Assembly (NCBI GenBank): GCA_040954595.2
Contig: CM082586.2
Coordinates: forward strand, 8,959,337 to 9,023,336
DNA from: Balanoglossus misakiensis
Taxonomy: Eukaryota; Animalia; Hemichordata
Direction of reading: 5' to 3'
DNA length: 64,000 nucleotides
Below are positions 51,274 to 63,759 of this stretch, one piece after another; position 1 is the stretch's first letter, and every line of letters starts with the position of its first letter. The notes beneath the pieces are model-generated. The model was not told the origin of the DNA, did not search any database, and saw only the letters and a program-made list of their open reading frames with translations. The position numbers were made by a program, and so were the translations under genes.

Positions 51274-51700
51274 GCAAGTATTGAGTTAGATTTAAAAGGG
51301 CAAGGTTACTCACTTTTGATAAAACAGTGAAATTGTGTCAGTTACCGACCACCTCTATATAGTGGCCACTTTGTTACAGTCCCTGTGCAGTTAACATGGG
51401 CAATTATTGACTTGTATATACAGGCCACCTGTCTATTAAGGCCAATTTAGGAAAGTCACTCTGACTGGCCAATTTGGACTGTGAGATTTGGCTGTATTTC
51501 AGTTATTTACCAATTGGCTCTTTCTGTTGTTCTAAAAGATGCTCATTGACCAGTTTTATAAAGCTTACCGGCAACTCACACCTGACACATGGATATTTAA
51601 ATCCATTTATTTTTTACCAAAATTATTTAACAATAGTGTCCATAATATGCATGGTGTGGTATAATTGTCATAATCCTGTACTTTACAGCTAGTTCATTTA

Positions 51701-52043
51701 AGCAATAAAACACCCCCAGCCATGGTATACCACTCGATTTTGACCAGTTCACGACATATACGCACTCGCTATCGCTCCTGCGTATATGTCGTGAACTGGT
51801 CAAAATCGAGTGCGTATATGTCGTGAACTGGTCAAAATCGAGTGGTATACCATGGCTGGGGGTGTTTTATTGCTATTATATTATGCCAGTATATTGAAAC
51901 TTTGCATAAAACATTTTAAAAAGGCATTTTCTTTGACTATGCTATATGACTGTGGTATATGGCTAATATATCACAGTCACGTGTCGTGTCTCGACCAATA
52001 AAATAGCGTGATTTACACCATCAATATACTGGTATAATATAAT
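51701..52043. mobile_element. Palindromic MITE-like element
   Basis: 51701-51874 is a near-perfect fold-back with an internal ~32-bp duplication. 51875-51897 is inverted relative to 52021-52043. Confidence 0.75.
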
Positions 52044-52081
52044 CAATTATATATGTTCTGTTTTCATCAATGAAAATACAG

Positions 52082-52141
52082 GCAGTTATAAACTCGGTGT
52101 ATGACAGAGATGACAAAAGAGACCTGATCAACCATCATAAG
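52082..52141 (+). CDS. Linker exon (60 bp)
   Basis: ATACAG|AVINSVYDRDDKRDLINHHK|GTACGT, phase 0. Confidence 0.65.
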
Positions 52142-52863
52142 GTACGTCGTAATGTTGATAATAAATGGCTATGAAAACATATCATATCACTAGTGTATTT
52201 GAATTTATCTTCTATATTTATAACATGGAAAACATAAAACCAGACTGTCATATAAATTTTTAACTACATACTTATTCTATTGTGCCAGCTAGGAAGGCAT
52301 TAAAGGGACATTACCTATAACTTTTGGCTTTATTTCCAGATTTTTTTCCTTTTGTGTACAAAATGCAATTTCATGTTCTTCTCCAAACTGCATGCTAATA
52401 TGCCCAGTACTCAACTTGTGTATATTGCCTGTCTCTGTAACAACCATTGTTATTGTTGACTCATGAATTCTAGTCCGGACTTCAATTCAAATTTTGCAAA
52501 ATAACAATGTTGAATATACACAAAGAGTACACAACTATCGAGGTGTGCGTCACAAAGAGATGACAAACTTATGCAAATAGAAGTTATGGAAAAAATATGT
52601 TAAATTTGGCAGCTCATGAGGCTTTAACTATGCATTATTTCTATAGTGTTAATGATAGCTTCCACATCATAAGCACATCATAATAGTGTAGTTAACAATG
52701 TAAATTATATTTTTTGATACTAGCGTTTTTATCAATATCTTTTCTGAAGCAAAATGTCATGTGACTTCTTTGAAGACATGGTGTTTAATTGAAAGGCATG
52801 TAAATTGAGTGTAAAAATTCCCAATATATATAACACATAACATATCTGTTCAAATTCTGACAG

Positions 52864-52992
52864 GTGTTTTCCCGCCAAAAAGAATTCACAGCACTCATGT
52901 GACAACCTGGTGTCAAACGTAATACTACAAAGATTGTGTTAGCTGGATACGGTGGGAATGGCAAAACTACACTCAAAGAATCATTGCAGCGG
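52864..52992 (+). CDS. ROC GTPase P-loop exon with in-frame TGA at 52900
   Basis: VFSRQKEFTALM*QPGVKRNTTKIVLAGYGGNGKTTLKESLQR. Confidence 0.88.
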
Positions 52993-53434
52993 GTGTGTAG
53001 AAATCTTTGATTATGAATGCCAATTATTGCTGTTTTTGAGGAGTGAAGGATTTGTGCAAATATTAAAGTTTTCATGAAGACTACATTTCAGTGGAAATCC
53101 GGGTACATATTTTGTTGACCAACCAATTCTCCAAATATTTTATATTATTACAATATGATTGGCATTAATCAAGCTTGCTGATTGGCCCGAGTCGCGGTTT
53201 ATATCCTCAACGAGAAGACCTGAACCCTGAACAGTGAATAACTAAAAAATAACCGAAATGGGACACATAGAACAGAACGCCTCGCCTCGCTCAGTGATTA
53301 TTTCCCGCCAAATATGCTAAGTTTCACCTGGGAGGTCTTATATCCGGAATCAAATACTCTCGCTTGCCGTTTATAAGTTTACAACCTCTAAATTGTGAGA
53401 AAATCATCACTTATGTTCATATATTACAATGCAG

Positions 53435-53719
53435 AACTTTGTGCAAGCAAAATTGACTCGACGGTCAGAAGAGAAAGCACCTTTACCAGGGAACATGCAG
53501 TACACACCAACACCCGCCATAGATGTAGCCACATTATCCATACCCAAGATTGGCAAGTTCAGTGTGTGGGACTTTGCAGGACAAACAGAATACTATGTCA
53601 CACATAATATGTTCCTAAGAGTCGAGAATGCAGTGGTTTTATTGGTCTTCAAAATGGCTGAGGACAAGCAGGATGTAGTTTGGACACCAAGAAAACTTAT
53701 GCAACAGCAGAGACAAGAG
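53435..53719 (+). CDS. ROC exon (switch I/II)
   Basis: YTPTPAIDV...FSVWDFAGQTEYYVTHNMFL, the Roco signature, with AG/GT boundaries. Confidence 0.93.
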
Positions 53720-54025
53720 GTGGGTCGTTGTTTTTTTGTTACTGATGATAAGTGATATTAATATTTTGGGCAATTATGGAATAAAGGTAAAGATGAAACT
53801 CAGAAAGGGCACAGTGCATATATTACAATATTTTTTTTATTACTAAGCAGTGCATCAGTGAATTAGGTGGTGCAATATTGTGAATGAAATTAAAGTAAAG
53901 ATGAATGGCACAGTATATATATTTGTGAAACATTTATCTCTTTTTGTTTTTATCCAGATTTAGGGACTGATTGAATATAATATGATTGATGACTTTATAT
54001 TCTTCTTCATGTCTTTCTTTAATAG

Positions 54026-54152
54026 GTGACATCATGGCTTGCATTCCTTAAGGCAATCATACCACAAGATATGGATGAGGGTGGGAGTAAACCAAAAGTG
54101 ATATTGATTGGAAGCAAGGCTGATTTGTTGAAAGCTGAACACAAGAAAGAAG
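54026..54152 (+). CDS. ROC exon (G4)
   Basis: VTSWLAFLKA...KPKVILIGSKADLL, ends in phase 1. Confidence 0.88.
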
Positions 54153-54513
54153 GTATGTTCAGTACATGTTTAGATAAAAGGTGACAAGAGCGAGGGTATT
54201 CACACAATTGGGAGCCTGGTGTGGGAGTACACTCAATCTGATTAAAACCAGATGTAGTGTTGGGCGCTGTCTTTACCTTTGCTGATTCTTGGCTGTTCTG
54301 TTCGAAAGGGACACCCATACTACATCTGAACCTATGCAAAAGGAGATCTCATTACTATTCAACATTTTACCTATTCAGATAGTGTGATTGATGTAGAATT
54401 TCACCGGATGCTTTCAAAAAATACAAAACAGCACCAAAGTGGCCTCTTCTGTGTATATGTCCATACTTTGTAAATAAAAATCTATCAAGAGATCATTACT
54501 TTTTTCTTGATAG

Positions 54514-54662
54514 CTGAATTGGTGATGAGGGAAATACTCCAGACACCTCAGAAGACCTTTGGCAAATACCTGAATATTCTTGATGAGACATTCATACTGA
54601 ATTGTCACAACTCGCAGCATAATGATATGCACAGATTGCGTGAATGTGTACGAAGTGCAAAG
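54514..54662 (+). CDS. ROC C-terminal exon
   Basis: Phase-1 start; ELVMREILQTPQKTFGKYLNILDETFILNCHNSQHNDMHRLRECVRSAK|GT. Confidence 0.82.
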
Positions 54663-54880
54663 GTATGGTTTTATAGATATTCTGCAATGTGTGACTGGAT
54701 TGAACATGTTAATTCATTAGGGCCATATTTGACAAAGGCATGCTTTACATCACCTTAATACTCTCATGTAATGCATAGAGTCCAAGAAAGCCAACTATCA
54801 GATAGTAATAACTGAACTCTTATCAGTGGGAAATAAGTCAAGGTTGTATACTTTTGACTTACCGGGTATCAGAACTGTCT

Positions 54881-55583
54881 AAAAGGGCGTTCTCACTGGC
54901 ACGTTTACACTGGTGCTACATCGGTGTAGATTTGACACCGACGGAAAAAAACAAGTGAGAACGCTTTACACCGGTGTTGGGCCGGTGTTAATTTGCGACA
55001 GCGATGGGTGGTGGGTCAGGGCTAGTGCTGGGCCAGCGCTCCGACGCAAATAATCAGTGAGAACGCAAAGATAAACAAACACCGTTCAAAAGCGCCACCC
55101 TGCAGTGACTTTTGGGTATGTTTATTAGGTATAGCCCATTGTCTTTGGTCAGTTTCCATTGTTAAGTCAATCACACTGGATGCGAGTGGTTTTCAAACCA
55201 TTCGCAGTTTGCCAGGTCTGCAACACTTCAGTCTGCTACCAACTTTCAGAAGGTTCTCTCGATCACCAAAAAGCCGAGGCATTTTCCATTTATGGATTAA
55301 CATTCATTTACTTCTAAACATTATCAAAACTGTCACAAAGTCGTCTAGAACGCATATGCAGGTATATAAACTGCAACATGTTGCTGTAATGTCCTCGACA
55401 TCCTCAATTTTGTTAGTTGCCGTGTTGCTAAACATGGCCATTTAGACAGTGTTTATTTCAAAACAGTGGCCAAAAGTTTAGTGTGTGGACGCAAGGAGAT
55501 TCTGTGGGCTAATCCCCTGTGTTTGCAGAGAGTAAACACTGGCATAACACCGGTGTCCAAACTTTTAGTGAGAACAAGACTTT
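54881..55583. mobile_element. Non-autonomous DNA transposon (Harbinger-like)
   Basis: AAAGGGCGTTCTCACT ... AGTGAGAACAAGACTTT imperfect TIR, with internal ACACCGGTGT / AGTGAGAAC sub-repeats. Confidence 0.5.
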
Positions 55584-56421
55584 AAATAATGGGCTGTGTC
55601 TGTAAAGGGTGAATATCACTGTTGCCAGTATTGTTCGAGTTGCTTTTCTGAATGTTCATTTCACCAAACAACAGTATTATGGGGGTCATCGTTAAACCCC
55701 GGTGCGGGGTATAAAAGACCCCCCAAATCAGTGGCGAATCTTAATGCCGTTTGACTGACAACAGACAACACCAACGATCTTGGCTCTTTGAAAATCGGCC
55801 CAAACAGGTCCAAGCATAAAGAATTACACCATACAACGACAGTAGTTGGCTTTATAAACACACACAACATAAAGTTATCGACGAAAAAGTACACGAGCTT
55901 ATGAAACAACGATGATTTTGGGAGAAATCTGGTTTCAGTGCTTTTCAGAAGCGTCCCTGGGAAACAATAACCACGCCATTCAAACAGTTGTCAATCGCGT
56001 GGAAGTGTGAAGTGTTCAATTATTTTCTGTGTACATGAGAGCAATTACACAGTTATTATGCACGACGACCACTCCCAAATAAACAACTATACAAACACAC
56101 GTTAATCCGAACCCCAGGACTTTCCGCACCGGGGTTTAAGACGTTTTTGAAACATCTCAGATGAAATACTGGCGTAAATTATCATGTGTGAATGGTTTAA
56201 GTGGTCCTGAAACGTCTCAGATTTGAGACGGCTTTGGTCAGACCTGAGCCAGTGTAAGGATTAACACCTCTCCGCAACCCATTGTTTGTGTGTGTGTACA
56301 CAAGGCGACTTAAAGGATTAATGCTCTGTGTTTACTATTGGCAAATAGTGTCTATGAAATGTTTTGAATTTTACCCTGTCTGGACATGAACCTGGTATAT
56401 GTCGCTGTGTTAATGTTACAG

Positions 56422-56601
56422 AGAGAAGAATACATACCAAAGTTGTGTGCTAAGATACTTGATGGAAGAAGCAAATGGATTGTGAGCAGTTTCCCGGTCA
56501 TCAAATGGAAAACATATATAGAAAGAGTGAAAGAGTTGGATCGTTTCATTGATGAAGAGTTTCTAAAGAAAGCTACGAGATACCTTCACTACCTTGGGGA
56601 G
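56422..56601 (+). CDS. COR-A exon
   Basis: REEYIPKLCAKIL...FPVIKWKTY...ATRYLHYLGE|GTAAGT. Confidence 0.9.
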
Positions 56602-56676
56602 GTAAGTTTATTACAGAAATCGTTGCTGAAGACATTACCCCACTTGATCAGTAGGTTAAGAAATCCATGGAGGATA

Positions 56677-56890
56677 CTGTAAAACAGGTTATTTCGCGAG
56701 CAATAAATTTTCATGAAATATGCGAGAGCCCCCAAAAATGTGAAAATACAAAAGTCGCATAAAATGTTTTTTTTTCTTAGATAACAATGCAGTTAGTGAA
56801 ATACGAGAAAGCCAAAATTAATCCATGCATAACAGTTGCTTCTTTTGATATCGCGAAAATTTCCTGTCGCGAAAAGAACCTGTTTTACAG
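56677..56890. mobile_element. Tc1/mariner-superfamily-like MITE
   Basis: TA|CTGTAAAACAGGTT ... AACCTGTTTTACAG|TA. Confidence 0.75.
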
Positions 56891-57230
56891 TATGAAGTCA
56901 TACTACAAGAAAATGTTCTCGCAAAGTTTGGAGAAAGTACAGTACTGCAATTATGTTTATCACAGAACAATTACTGATGAAACCTTTCCAAAGACCAACA
57001 GGAGTTCTGAAAGTTTTCTAGAAATTCTTTAAAACCTATCAATGCCAGGGTTCATCAAAAATAGAGGGCATCATTGACTTAAACATATAAACCATGGGAT
57101 GTGAAAAGCAAGTACTAATACAGAAACCAGAAATAACGCTGGAAAATTTGTTGACAGGGGGTGTGCTTGTGTCAACCGTTAAGTGCACTCTTTGTTTGAT
57201 CATGATTAGTGTCATACAAATTTAACCCTT

Positions 57231-60200
57231 AATAATAATAATAATAATACTTTATTTAAGACTTTAAAAAAAGTCCATATACCCAAAAGAGAGAAGAAAA
57301 AAAAACACTAATGAAAATACTCTGGAAAATCTGAAACTGAGACACACACACACAAAAAAAACTCTGCAAAATTACATGATATACAATTGCTTTCGCCAAT
57401 GTTTGAAAAATATGCTGTCAGTCGCTCTATCTGATGAACAGATCGCATCAAGTAAAACATTAGAAGAATTTTCGAGTCTACACTTAAAACTGTACATATT
57501 GCGTCTAAAAACTTCACCAAGTGACAATACATGGTTTGTAGCAAACATACCCGATGCACTGCAAAATGGCGGAAGACCGAGAAGTCTTCTCCAAACATTA
57601 TTGTACATAGTTTTAAATTTTTTCATCGGTTTAACTTTAAAGGATGCCCACAAACTGCAACAGTAAATATTACTACAATATGCCAAAAATAAAACTTTCT
57701 TCACATCTTGACTACAATGTTGAAAATGTCTCAATAGCATGTTTGCTCTAACGCAAAATGCTCTTCTCTGTCGTTCAATATCTTCATTATCACAACCATC
57801 ACAAGATATTACATGGCCCAGATAGGTGTGTTCAGGTACAAACTTCAAAGTGATGTCATTAAGTTTAACCGAAGGAATTCTTTGAACGCTCATATTCTTC
57901 CCATTAAAAAGCATGCACACAGTTTTACTAGAATTATAAATGATATCATAATCCTTGCCATAAATGTCACAAATTCTAAGAAGACGGCGTAGACCCTTAA
58001 CACTTGGACTGAGTAGAGTCATGTCGTCAGCGTAACCTGAAGTGTTAGCGCTGACACCACACATGGTACAGCCAACTTTGGCTTTACAGAGTGCATTGAT
58101 AAGATCATCAATGTAGACATTAAAAAGATAGGGAGAGAGTACTCCCCCTTGTCTTACACCGTTAGAAACAGAAAACAACTCTGAGGTTTCATTACCCCAC
58201 AACACAGTAAACAATTGATTTCTGTACCAGTAATATAAAATTCGAACAGCATACAAGGGAACATTCCTGTCGATGAGCTTGTTAACCAGTTTAAAGTGAT
58301 TAACTCTGTCAAAAGCTTTTGAAGCATCCAGAAAACAAGTAAACACTGGTCCTCCATTGCTGGTGTAGTAGCTAATGATTTCTTTAAATGCAAATAAACA
58401 CAGGTCAGTTGAATGTTCTCGCTTGAAACCAAATTGTAAATAATGAGAGGTAAGAAACTCCTCACAACGAGAAAGTAAAATATGCTCAAAAACTTAAGAG
58501 AAAACAGTTGCTAGTGCTATCGGCCGGTAGTTACTGGCATCACTACAAAGCTTAGTTTTATCCTTAATAATTGGAACTAAAATAACTTTGATAGCCTCAG
58601 TTGGCAGGTAACCATGAACAATCATAGCATTAATACAACAAGTAAAAATGGGTAAAATAGAGGAGTCTGAGAATTTGAGGTGCTCAGCTGAAATATTGTC
58701 AATGCCAGCTGTCTTGTTGTCAGGTAACTTATGTATAGCAGAAATTACTTCGTCTTCAGAAACATACATATCAGAAGAAAAGTTAACATACTTCATTTTC
58801 TCCTCGATGTCATTTTTACCAGTCTGAGCCTGGACAGAATTCAAAATATCACTGAAATGCTTGTGCCACATAATTGCAATTTCACTCTCACCAGTCGCTC
58901 CACCTACAGTGTCAGAAAGTGGCGTTTTTCTGCTAGTTTGCTTTCTGACTTCCTTCCAGAAGTCGTTCTGTTTGTGGCAGCATAAATTGTCAGCCATCTT
59001 GTCAGCCCTATTTTGATTCTCAATCTTTTTACAAGCACGTAAAGCATACTTAAAACGAGCTCTGAAAGATTTCATGGTTTCAAAAAGCGGGCCTTGTTTA
59101 GGTTTACCCCCATTAACCCATAATAAAAACATGGAACGGGCATAGTCGTGACTTTCTTTTACAAAATCGTTCCAGCCAGGTACAACATGAACTTTCTGGT
59201 GAAACTTACGCCTAATGGTATCTTTTGCAGCACAATTCAATGCGTCCACAATACTACTATAACAAGTATCAATTGCCTGTAAATGCGAAGGGTCTGTACA
59301 GTTCACATTAGTGCAGAATAACTGTTCGGATAAATTAATCTTATCAATCTTGGCTTTGGTACAAGGGTGTAGGCGGATATATTCTGCTGTGACAATTTTT
59401 TCCAATCAACTCGAAAATTACATTGCTTGAAGGAACTACTGCTGAAGCTTTCATCAGCAGAAGTGTTGAAATGAACCTCTATTGAAACAGGAATATGGTC
59501 GGAGTCAACAACATTGCAAAGGCTCGAAATTGAAAGAACATTGCTATGAGAAACTTCAGTGGTAACACAGTGGTCAATCCATGAAGTACTGCCATGAGCA
59601 TCGCTAATCTAAGTAAACGTACCAGAATCCCTGCCTAGCAGCTCAACATCAGAAACGATGTAACCAAATTGCTCACAATGCTCCATCAACTCACGGCCAA
59701 AGCCTGTATCAGTAGTTACATCAGCATTCCAGTCACCAATAAAAAAGACATTCCCAGTGTTAATATCAGAAACAATGGAATTGATTTTCGCCAAGTACTC
59801 ACTGAACACTTCAAAATTATCATTAGTATTGGTGGGCAAATAACAGTTTACAATAACAAGTTTGTCAGTATCATTTTCTAAAACTAAACCAAGCAAGCGA
59901 CTATCAGCAAACTCAACAATACTGGCAAGTTTGCCAAGCGATCTACGCCAAAGAATTGCAACCCCCCCGTACGGTCTACCAATACGGAGTTCAGACGAAT
60001 CAAAAGCAGATACTCCGAATGACATAAAATCCAGATGTATGTCATGTAAAATTGACAGCTCTTCCTTAGCAAGCCAGTGTTCTTGTAAAAGACAAATATC
60101 ATGGGTTTCACACAATTCATACACAGAATGAAAGCTTGATTTCACAGAGCGACAGTTAAATGACACAATCCGTAAACTATTTTTGCGTTTTGTCATGGCG

Positions 60201-60497
60201 TCTGAGATTTATAGTATTTTCTTACAAGAGTATCCTGAGGCCAATTTACAGGATCAAGGGCAACTCTAATGTCTACATCAGATAATTCAACCATAAAAGA
60301 AGCATACATATCATACTTTGTTTTCAGTTTTGTACAGTTCACACCTACATCAAATTTGTCCGCAGCATAGCGCTCAACATTTTCACATGTTGTTGCTGGA
60401 TTCAGCCGGGACACGAAAAGTGTACATACACGCCGCGGTCTTGCGCCTTGAAGGCCAGCTGTAGTACTCAGCGCAGTTCCAATCACAGGCTGGGTTC
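57231..60497 (-). mobile_element. Intronic antisense LINE (CR1/L2 group): ORF1 C-terminus plus APE-RT ORF2, frameshifted and 5'-truncated
   Basis: ORF1 tail LFVSRL...YASF...NWP. ORF2 has SFNCRS, LLQEHWL, IGDWNAD (endonuclease) and NYRPIAL, FLDASKAFDRV, GVRQGGVLSP, YADD (RT). AATAAA plus a (TAT)n tail. Frame breaks near 59610, 59405 and 58494. Confidence 0.93.
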
Positions 60498-60892
60498 TCT
60501 TAAGAGGGATCTGGGGGTGAAAGGCTTGACAGAGCCTTTTGCTGAGGATCTAGACAGGGATTCAAGACTGAGAAAAAAACCCCAGAAAAGGCCCTCTGCT
60601 ATAAACATGTTTTTGTGGTCCATGTGTGTCACTAGTGTGGGTATAGCCCTGACATTGTTCCTAAATCACCAGTGGCAATATTGTGGCGTTGATGAGTTTT
60701 TTTTTCGATCACTATAGCCGAGATGGTTTGGCCAGGCAAGGCTAGACTTGGCCTGGGTTTCGCGGTTTCCCTATGTATGATCAGCCATGCACACATCTAC
60801 ATACTGGTATGTGTGTCACTAAGATATATGCACAATTTCATTTGAATAAATGTCTCAAAACATAAGTATTTTTCCCCATTGTTTATTCACAG

Positions 60893-62151
60893 ATGTTCCA
60901 AATCGAGAGTACCCTACCAGATTCAGATGACGTCATTGTTCTTGATCCCCAATGGTTATGTTCTAGAATATTTGGTCCCATGCTGGCTCCTGAAATATTT
61001 GAGCAGTTTGCAAACCGCTTGCCGCGGAAGTCCTTACATATGAGAAGCGAAATTGAGGAAGTTTTCCATGGTCTGGCAGATATTGATTTGCTGATAAATC
61101 TTCTCAAAGAGTTTGACCTTCTCTACGAGGTCATTTCTGAATCCAATACTGTAACTGGGTATGTAATACCTGAGTTGTTGGACACAGATATGCCTGCAAA
61201 TCAGTGGAAACAGGATGCTACTAAAAGATTTACTATGGTAGACGGTTCCAATGCAGAGATGATGCTGATAGTTTCTCGCCAGGATTTTCCCCCCGACTTA
61301 ACGCTCGAATAGAACGCCATTTCCGAAAGATCGACCGACGGACAAGTGGTATATGGAAAAATGGCATCAAAGTGTGTCACAATGCAGAAGGCTTGGTGTA
61401 TATGACAAAAGGTTGGAGAGCTATCCATGTTTGTGTTAGAGCAGAGAAAGAAGAGGAAATCGGCGAATGCTACAAATTATTAGAGACAATAACTGATATT
61501 GTCTATGAAGTGTTAGAGATCTGCTGTCCTGGTACAAGACTTGACATCCACGTGTTGAGTTCAGATTCTCTTCGAATCCATTGCAACCCTGAAGATGTCA
61601 CATTCTATACATTGAAGCAAATTCGGGAAGCAGAAGAGAGGAATGAGAAGGTGTACAATGAGGAGATGGTGATTTCAGAAGCAGCTACTGACTTTCTTTG
61701 TGCTGGGTATGATACAACCATCCTCTGACACAGTGGATATGAAAGTGATGTCAAGTGGATGCTGAAGGATGCCCTCAAGATATTTTCTAATATCATGGAT
61801 ATCATCCGTTTATCCGGCAATGACTACAGGGCTATGGCAGACTTGATGGGGATCCCTCGCATGGAGGTGGATTCATGGCAATACAGTGCATTGATTCAAT
61901 CCCCAACACAACATGCTTTATCTGTTTGGTCCAAGGGCTGTGGAGGACAACAACGTGCAGGCCAACAGCCAACTGCAGATAAGAAATTCTGTAAGAGCAA
62001 TTTTTCCAACCTGGTTAAATTTTTTGAGCAAGAAAGTTGTGATGTCTACGCTGCCAGAGAAGAAATACATGAGATGTTCCGAAAACTTGGTGTGTCAGCT
62101 GATCATCATGATGTTGAAGGTGACATGGCTAATCTACATCTTACATCTTAA
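60893..62151 (+). CDS. Terminal exon: COR-B and death-domain-like region (frameshift ~61225, TGA 61726)
   Basis: DVIVLDPQWLCSRIFGPML; after the shift, IYYGRRFQCRDDADSFSPGF...IWKNGIKV; then GNDYRAMADLMGI...SPTQHALSVW, a death-domain pattern. Confidence 0.85.
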
Positions 62152-63759
62152 GATGATGACATCAACATCTCTGAAGCAGACCATTGTGACGTCAGTATAT
62201 CAATTTCTGATTAGTATGGCAAACGATGGCAGTATTTCCATGGAACTTGTTGCAATGTCTGAGAAATTTAACTGAGTAACGTAATGTGTGTGTGCAAGGA
62301 AAAGGTTCCGTACATACATACTGTTATAAGCCCTGCAGAGAAATCAAAGCCAATACACCAAACCACCCTCCACCATTACTGTCTTCTCAATAACCAGGCT
62401 GTACAACGAGGAGATGGTGATTGCAGAAACAGCTACCAACAGGTGACACAACTAAAGATAAATGAATGGAATCTGTGACATAGATCTAGCATGAGATAAC
62501 AGAAAGTGAATTACCCAAATACAGTACAAGACCATCCTGCAGATACTGACCTATTTGAAGTGTATGTAATGGTTAATTACAAATTAAATCACTCTAAGGA
62601 ACATGATGTCATGTCAGCTTCACAGGATGGAGACACATGCAAATAAAGTGAGTCAATTACAATTATGAGAAAGTGACAACTAAGAAATTGTCATGTTGAG
62701 TTTACAAACTGCAGCTAATGACATCAATGACCATTATAGCAAAATAAAGTTGATTTTTTAAAAATTCTAGTGATTTTTGTGATTTGTTGCAACATTTTTT
62801 ATTCAAATTATTGTTTTCACCAAAAAGCTGTACAGTAATATTTTTAATCCTGATCATCAATATCTTCAGTAGAAACATTACTTTTGTTTGTTGACAGATT
62901 TAGGAAATTCACTCTATGTTTTGCAGATGTTCATTTTGAGCCAAAAAAGCTGAAACATACATATCCTGTCAGTATACAATGTCTCTGATTTGTAAAGCCA
63001 AATTAGTTTGTAAAGAGTTAGTTTGTTTCAAATTGCACTAACAATAATTCCAATAAGTTTAAGCAGAAATCTGAAACACTTGTACTAGACTTATCTGTTT
63101 TTAAATCAAATGTTAAAACTTTACTTTTTAAATCTGTTTTTTAGCCATTTGTTGTATTGTACTTTTGCTTTAAGCGTCATTGATCACATTTTTTTGTGGA
63201 TACTGACGCTATACAAATAAATTATTATTATTATTTATTATTACTTGTTAAGAACATGTTCACAATGATTTTGTGTAATGTTCTGGACTTCAGTTTTGAT
63301 GTGTACTATTTCCCAAAAGCAAATGACTAACCAAGAATATGCAATTTAAGAGAGGTTGTCATACACTTCTTGCTTTCAATTACATTGAACACACTCTCAA
63401 CATCTTTTTTCTATGTACACAAGTTGTCACTTCAAGATCATTCATATTAGGATTGAGAAACTATTTTCTTAATTTTGAATTATAAACTAATACAGACATC
63501 ACCATTCACATTTTGCAGACATGCTATTTAGGTGGTCGACATATCTTTATATTTTTAGTATTAAAATGTGGGAAGTGTCACTTTGAAAACAGAAAAAAAT
63601 TTGCTTTCTCAAAAATAAAAATACTTCAAATTTTCTCAATACACATTGAATGGTGGCCATCTTGATTTTAAAATTTGAATCAGTTTCGCTTTATCATTCA
63701 AAATTATGCCTGTTTAAAGGATATAAGAGTAAAAATCTCGCCAAAATGAATAAACGGTA

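Larger units (their letters stand above)
25873..62151 (+). pseudogene. Ankyrin-ROC-COR-death-domain Roco gene (DAPK1-like, no kinase exons seen); disrupted as assembled; first coding exon not identified
   Basis: A phase-consistent exon chain runs from the ankyrin exons through the P-loop GYGGNGKT, WDFAGQxEYY, ILIGSKAD, the COR motifs YLHYLGE / VLDPQWLC / YYGRRFQC, and a death-domain-like C-terminus. Lesions: TGA at 52900, frameshift at ~61225, TGA at 61726. Confidence 0.85.

Noticed and set aside
52900-61728. In-frame TGA codons as selenocysteine
   Set aside because: No SECIS was recognised, the positions are not redox motifs, and a frameshift co-occurs. CpG decay is the simpler explanation.
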